A stretch of 14,741 nt of DNA from Chaetodon trifascialis (taxonomy: Eukaryota). The DNA lies in contig NC_092066.1 in assembly GCF_039877785.1 (NCBI RefSeq), positions 5,443,152-5,457,892 on the forward strand, in the 5' to 3' direction. How positions within the stretch are numbered: position 1 is the stretch's first letter; every line of letters begins with the position of its first letter. This document shows, piece by piece, positions 9,993-14,741 of this stretch. A program made the translations under genes and the position numbers. The notes beneath the pieces are model-generated. The model was not told the DNA's origin. It ran no database searches and was given only the letters and a program-made list of their open reading frames with translations.

Positions 9993-10483
9993 TGCCACTT
10001 TCATGTCTGTAAGGTAAATATCAAGTTACAGCCAGCAGCTGGTTAGCGTAGCTTAGCATAAAGAGTGGAAATGAGGTGGAACAGCTAGCCTGACTTTGTC
10101 TTAAAGTAACAAAACCCTACCAGCACCTATAGTGTTCTCTAATCTGCTCGTTTAAGGCGTACGAAACAGTAAATATGGAAATACGTCGTTTTAGAGGAGG
10201 TTAACTGTGTGCTGAACTATTCCTTGGCCAGAAACAGTTTCCAGACAACCAGTGGAGATTCCAGGAAGTTGCAGTGTCTAGCCAGGAAGTCGTCTGGTTC
10301 ATAGCCATCTGCAAAACAACAAAGTGACGTTTTTACACTTTATTGTACAACAAATGAGATATAATGTATTTTAAAGTGTTTTTAGGAGGCTAGCTGTTTC
10401 CTCCTATTTCCAGTCTTTTATGCTAAGCTAAGCTAAGCTAAGCTACCCAGCTGCATATTTACTGTAAAGACATGAGAGTGCTA
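9993..10483 (+). mobile_element. MITE-like nonautonomous DNA element with ~90-bp TIRs (copy A)
   Basis: Left arm at 9993-10094: tgccactttcatgtctgtaaggtaaatatcaagttacagccagcagctggttagcgtagcttagcataaagagtggaaatgaggtggaacagctagcctgac. Right arm at 10388-10483: ggctagctgtttcctcctatttccagtcttttatgctaagctaagctaagctaagctacccagctgcatatttactgtaaagacatgagagtgcta. The reverse complement of the right end, agcactctcatgtctttacagtaaatatgcagctg, aligns to the left end. An internal unique segment of about 295 bp lies between the arms. No clear target-site duplication is visible. Confidence 0.65.
10422..10446. repeat. (GCTAA)n pentanucleotide microsatellite, expanded inside the right TIR of MITE copy A
   Basis: gctaagctaagctaagctaagctac. 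The corresponding site in the other arms carries only one or two units (ttagcgtagcttagc, ttagcttagc). Confidence 0.9.
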
Positions 10484-10593
10484 TACATTTTCTCATCTAA
10501 TTCTTTGCAAAGGAAATAAGTGTAATTCCCAAAATGTTGATCTTTTTACTTCAGTAATAAGCAAATTGAACATTATGGAGCCCACAAAAGTTG

Positions 10594-10615
10594 TTTTTTT
10601 TTTTTTTTTTTTTTT
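10594..10615. repeat. poly(T) homopolymer (22 nt)
   Basis: An uninterrupted T run about 110 bp downstream of MITE copy A. Confidence 0.9.
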
Positions 10616-10689
10616 CCGAAAGTCCTTTCCGTTCTCTCGCGATTAAAGTTTTACGACAGTATTATGTACATAACTGGCTGCTGCAGAGG

Positions 10690-11030
10690 CCGATTCTCAC
10701 AGACTGTAGCTGTGATTATGTCTGTAGGCATGGCATGAAGCAGCTTTGGCTGTTGCTCTGATTGTGGCTGTGGCCATGGCTGTGCTTTGGTTGGTATGAT
10801 TATGGTTGTGACACATAAGTTGATGTGGGTGTGACATTAACTACATGCAGGGCTTGAATGTGTGCAGTGAAATGACAGTTGTACTGAAGTTACTGTATTC
10901 CTGACCTCTGGTGGTGTGTTGGTCACATCTGTCATATCTGATATGACAGTTAATTTTAGGAGCAGAATAGCCACAGTGTCATTACGGCAGCCATGTCCAT
11001 AGCGTCATGGCTGCAACCACAATGGCAGCT
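10690..11030. repeat. complex imperfect inverted/tandem repeat block (gattgtggctgtggccatggctgtg family)
   Basis: Direct repeats of the units gattatgtctgtagg, gattgtggctgtggccatggctgtg and gattatggttgtgac lie at 10718-10812. An inverted partial copy lies at about 10970-11035 (accacaatggcagctat). Its reverse complement matches attgtggctgtggccatggctg at roughly 16 of 22 positions. Between them lies a perfect 21-bp palindrome. Confidence 0.5.
10929..10949. repeat. perfect palindrome ctgtcatatc-t-gatatgacag
   Basis: Two 10-bp arms around a single central base. The reverse complement differs only at that centre. Confidence 0.9.
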
Positions 11031-13663
11031 ATACCCTGATCAGCACACTAACTGTTCCTGTGGATCGGGAAAAAACTGACTGCAAGTGAACGCAACATTT
11101 TTACCATCACCCTTCAGGACTCCGTGGTTAGGTATTAAAAGTTACATTTAAAATAGCTGTGAAATAAGTAAAGTGGACTAAAAGTACAATATCTGAAATG
11201 TAGTGTCATAGAAGTACAAGTCCTTAAGTACAGCAGCTGAGTACAAGTACTTACTGTATTTACTTTCCATTGTTGCCCTGTACAATACTCGACTTGTCCT
11301 CCCTCTCTGTTTGTGTGTGTTAACAGTGAATAGGTGCCTGATGAAGGCTCTAAACTGATTAAATAAAATGAAAATACCCCTTTTAATATGCAGATATGTG
11401 ACATGTTTCAAGAAACTACCTCCTGTCGATCCAGTGAAAATAAACAATGAGAACAAACTCTGCTGGGAGATCGGAGATACAGTAAATTAGTCATTTCTAA
11501 AAACACTATCTGATCATAGAGAAGAGTCCCAGGACGATCATTGTCTGAAGTTAACAGCAATTCAAGCCTCTTTCTAAGATGACATGCATGAATTCTTATC
11601 CAACAGCATATTCTTATTTTGTGCAACATGAGACTGTGTTATTCACCTGCTCCCACTGAGTTTACTTTGACCCAAACTGCCTCTCAAAATCCTGAAAGTG
11701 CCAAAGAATTTTTCTGGCTGCAGTCACACAATAAATAGCCTGCAGTACAGTGGAACTGTGCGTGTTACACATCAGTGATATGAATGATCACAGCGCAGAT
11801 ACTGTGATCAATGGCTTCAGGCCAGAAAGGGTCAGATAGGATGTGCTTCCAGGGCATTGTTGATGGACTGTGCGAACACTGAATGTTTATGGTGTGAATT
11901 AGCAGAGAAGCAGCACTAAGAAGAGGGCTCATGTACCTGGAACATGATCTAATGTTGAGACAGGTCCATTTTTCTATGTATCGATCTGCCCATCCTTCAA
12001 TGCATTATCATTGTCATGCAGTGAAAAGCAGTTTTAGTCACTAACGCAGATGATGGGCCATGATTCCCCTTCTGCATCATCTCAGCCTCTTCCAGCTGCA
12101 GTATCGATATAGCCGGGGATGGAAGAGTAATCTCCTCCTCTGTTGGGGTCTTGTCATGGTTTTGCATTCCTCACTTCTTTTTCAGGCTGTGTTTCCACAG
12201 CCATCAGTGGTTCTGTCACCTGGATGAGCCTCATCTTCGAGCAAAGCCTCAAGATTTATTCATGACTCAGCAGCACTGGCATTTTGTCGTGGTACTGGCG
12301 CAGCTTCACCGGCCCTCTACATTAAGCTGATCACTCGCTTGGATGGTGCAGGGATTTCTGCTTGGTATGTGTTTCTGGAAAAACTGTCATCAGCACCTTT
12401 TTCTTCGCTCTTCTTCCTTAGACTTGGATGCAGGAGTCAGACTGGCACACTGAGCCGCCATGTTCAGAAATGAGGTGGCAGCCTTAAGCCATGTGGCCTT
12501 CATCGTTGATGTTAATGTCTCCTCGGTACACCTGGACACTGGCTTGAACTCTGCAGGTGTTTCAGTACCTTCACCATCCTCTCATAGCTTTGAGTTCCTG
12601 TTTGCACTTGAGGTCAACAAGAAATAAATAGTCTTTGTTCACAGTAAACCTTTTTAGTGCCAGCCTCACCGGTCATTCAGCTTCATGCTTAAATCTATGT
12701 TGATAAGTTGTTGTGGTCAGATTTGGACGGGCACACCTGAAATGTGATGGTCACATGATGACGAGCCCTTCAAATTAAAGGTTTGGTGAGTCATTCTGGA
12801 AAAATTATATTTTCAGCTCCTTCTTCACAGCGATTACACAATAGCACCAGATTTACCGTCCCTTGCTTGCCCTCACCCCCCCTCCCCTTCATCTTGTCCT
12901 CTGCATGAGCACAAATGCCGCCTGCAGCTGATTGGCTTGAATATTGTTGTGTGGCTCGGTCTGAGTCACTTTTTATGTTTCCCATTCATATGAAATACGA
13001 TATCACCATTTTTTGTCTCTTCAGAGAGACACATAGAAGTGTTTTCTTTCAGCTTTTGTCTTGAACAACATCAAACTACTTCCTCTTTTGGTCCCGAGAG
13101 GCAGGAGCCTGTTAGATTAGATTACGTTAAATTAGCCTGTATTGTTTCCCTTGGGAGAAATTTGTCTTGGGCATTGAGACTCAGTCAACGCAGCAGCACA
13201 CAGGTACAATCAAACTACAGATAACAGGCCCAAACACACCCACATCTATAAACACCAGAGCGCGCACACTCCGACATGCTGGCACGTTTCTTTGTAGGAC
13301 CATTTCTCATGAACTCAGCTTTGTACAAAATATGCTGAGTAAAGAGGAACTAGACCCACTTCCCAGTTGTATTATTGGTCAGTATTTTTTTCCTGTTGTG
13401 GGATGATGGTTAAAGTTTGTGCTGCACAGAAAACACCTGTGGCGTAATAAAGCCTCCGCTTTCACACATACTGACTGACCAGCACCGTGGACATGATGGA
13501 GGTGCACTGACACTGCACTATCTGACACGACTTGATTTGCACTCCCCTCAGTTTCCGGGAAGGAAAGGTAGCTTTCAGCTCTGATCTACAGTGTGCGTCT
13601 TTGTGCAGCTCTGCAGCGTTCATTGTCAGGTCAGCAGCTTCAGGTTGGGCCTCTTCCCTCAGT

Positions 13664-13671
13664 ATAAATAA
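13664..13671 (+). promoter_or_regulatory. canonical TATA-box motif (tataaata) followed by a CpG cluster
   Basis: cctcagTATAAATAaatgtctcaggaggctgcacctcgtgatcc. The next 110 bp hold about 8 CpGs (ctcgtg, ctcgtctg, gctcgtattgccgtgaacgtt, agcggtc, gacgaaa) within otherwise CpG-poor sequence. The first downstream ATG, at 13797, opens a frame of only 11 codons. Confidence 0.2.
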
Positions 13672-14741
13672 ATGTCTCAGGAGGCTGCACCTCGTGATCC
13701 TCTTGTTTAAGTTTCTCGTCTGAAGCTCGTATTGCCGTGAACGTTTTCAGAGCGGTCAGAAGACAGACGAAAATCAGGACATTTTGCTCAGCTGTTATGC
13801 ATATTGGTCATTATGTACAAAGCACATAATGTTTTTGGAGGGACAAACTCTTCTGCACGTCCTGTAACAGTCAGACCTAGATTGACCTCCCTGGTCTGAA
13901 CAGAAAATCCAGCTGTTCATCGTACAGCAGACATGACTCAGCACTGTGTTTGATCTGAAGACGTGATTGCTTCTGCATTTATTACTTCCTCGACCGTGAA
14001 GCAACTTTCCTTTTGAGTCACGTTATATAAACAAGATGTATGTATTTGCCCGTGTGTCTCCTGAGAAGTCTGTCTCACTCCAGGAATTAGATGGAGACAA
14101 GGTGGATATACTGAATGATGGTCAAAACATATGTGTTCCCACCAGCTCCTATAGAAGAAGTTGTCTGTCTAAAAGGCCTCAGCTGTTCCTGAAGTGGTGG
14201 ATGAGTGAAAACATGAAGGGTGGAGCGAAGCAACGCTGTTTAGAGGCCTCAAGAGGACTTTGTGTGGTTTCACACTCTCAGTGTGAATGAATTCGGGGAT
14301 GAATACTGTCTGGGACACAGCTACAAAATGTCACCATGATGATGTGTGAAGATGATGAGCAATTTTTGAGAGTTAAAAAAACAAGTTAACAATATGTCAA
14401 GCTAACATTGTCAGTGCTCTCAGATGTAAAAATGTCAGTGTAACACCATTTTTCTTTCTATACTTTACATTTCTGTATTGTAGTTTCATCTTAATTAATG
14501 GCCAACGTGTTCACCAGTGTAGATATATCTGTAATATGATAAAATCGGCAGATTGTATTTGCCAATTTCGATGCCGACTGATGCATCATCAGTCGAATGA
14601 ATGTTTATTTCAGTATTTTGTAGACAGACTAATGATATTAGTACATCAATATTGAGGGATCTTTAAAGTTTGGAGACCACGCTGGAAGCAGCAGTTGCCT
14701 AGAGCTTCGAGAAGTGGCGTCACATGTGCTTTGTTTCCCTG

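Noticed and set aside
10422-10446. Short regularly repeated gctaa units; considered as a possible CRISPR-like array
   Set aside because: The units are 5 bp, contiguous and without spacers. This is a pentanucleotide microsatellite inside a eukaryotic TIR, not repeats and spacers.
11135-11629. Three overlapping minus-strand ORFs of 73-92 aa
   Set aside because: They lie in AT-rich low-complexity sequence with repeated gtacaagtac motifs, overlap each other in different frames, and have no splice-site support.
12100-12800. Moderately GC-richer stretch that reads like the antisense of coding sequence (ccatcagtggttctgtcacctggatgagcctcatcttcgag...)
   Set aside because: All six frames are interrupted every 20-40 codons and there is no CpG enrichment. 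It could be an old pseudogene or transposon fragment, but nothing in the sequence supports a specific call.
14036-14290. 84-aa + ORF preceded by a ttatataaa motif
   Set aside because: The ATG lies about 10 nt after the TATA-like motif, leaving no room for a transcription start and 5' UTR. I see no CpG support, no splice structure and no recognisable domain.

Overview
This window reads as vertebrate nuclear DNA, most plausibly teleost fish, and not as a prokaryotic or viral locus. It is AT-rich and strongly CpG-depleted, apart from four or five short CpG clusters. It carries microsatellites, namely (GCT)14, (GCTAA)n, a GTTTT/T-rich tract and long A and T homopolymers. It also carries interspersed repeats with long terminal inverted repeats. 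The longest open frame in the ORF track is 123 codons, and that frame is simply poly-Cys read through the (GCT)n microsatellite. I found no operon-like gene array, no CRISPR array, and no rRNA or tRNA gene. I therefore do not see a defence, secretion or mobile 'system' of the prokaryotic kind. The most concrete structures are listed below. (1) Two full copies of a MITE-like nonautonomous element, each about 490-515 bp with terminal inverted repeats of about 90 bp, at roughly 4233-4751 and 9993-10483, plus one probable solo-terminus fragment near 6945-7035. (2) A compact CpG-rich promoter-like segment at 2189-2345 that ends in an ATG followed 18 nt later by a consensus splice donor. This is a candidate first exon whose orientation is ambiguous and which may be bidirectional. 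(3) A roughly 380-bp CpG island at 8170-8550. It holds the only two non-repeat ORFs longer than 100 codons, one on each strand. (4) Weaker candidates: a splice-site-bounded exon at 5680-5846, a TATA-box promoter near 13664, and a complex imperfect inverted/tandem repeat with a perfect 21-bp palindrome at 10690-11030. All coding calls are low confidence. Deciding between exons and decayed repeats needs homology searches and transcript data that I cannot run here.
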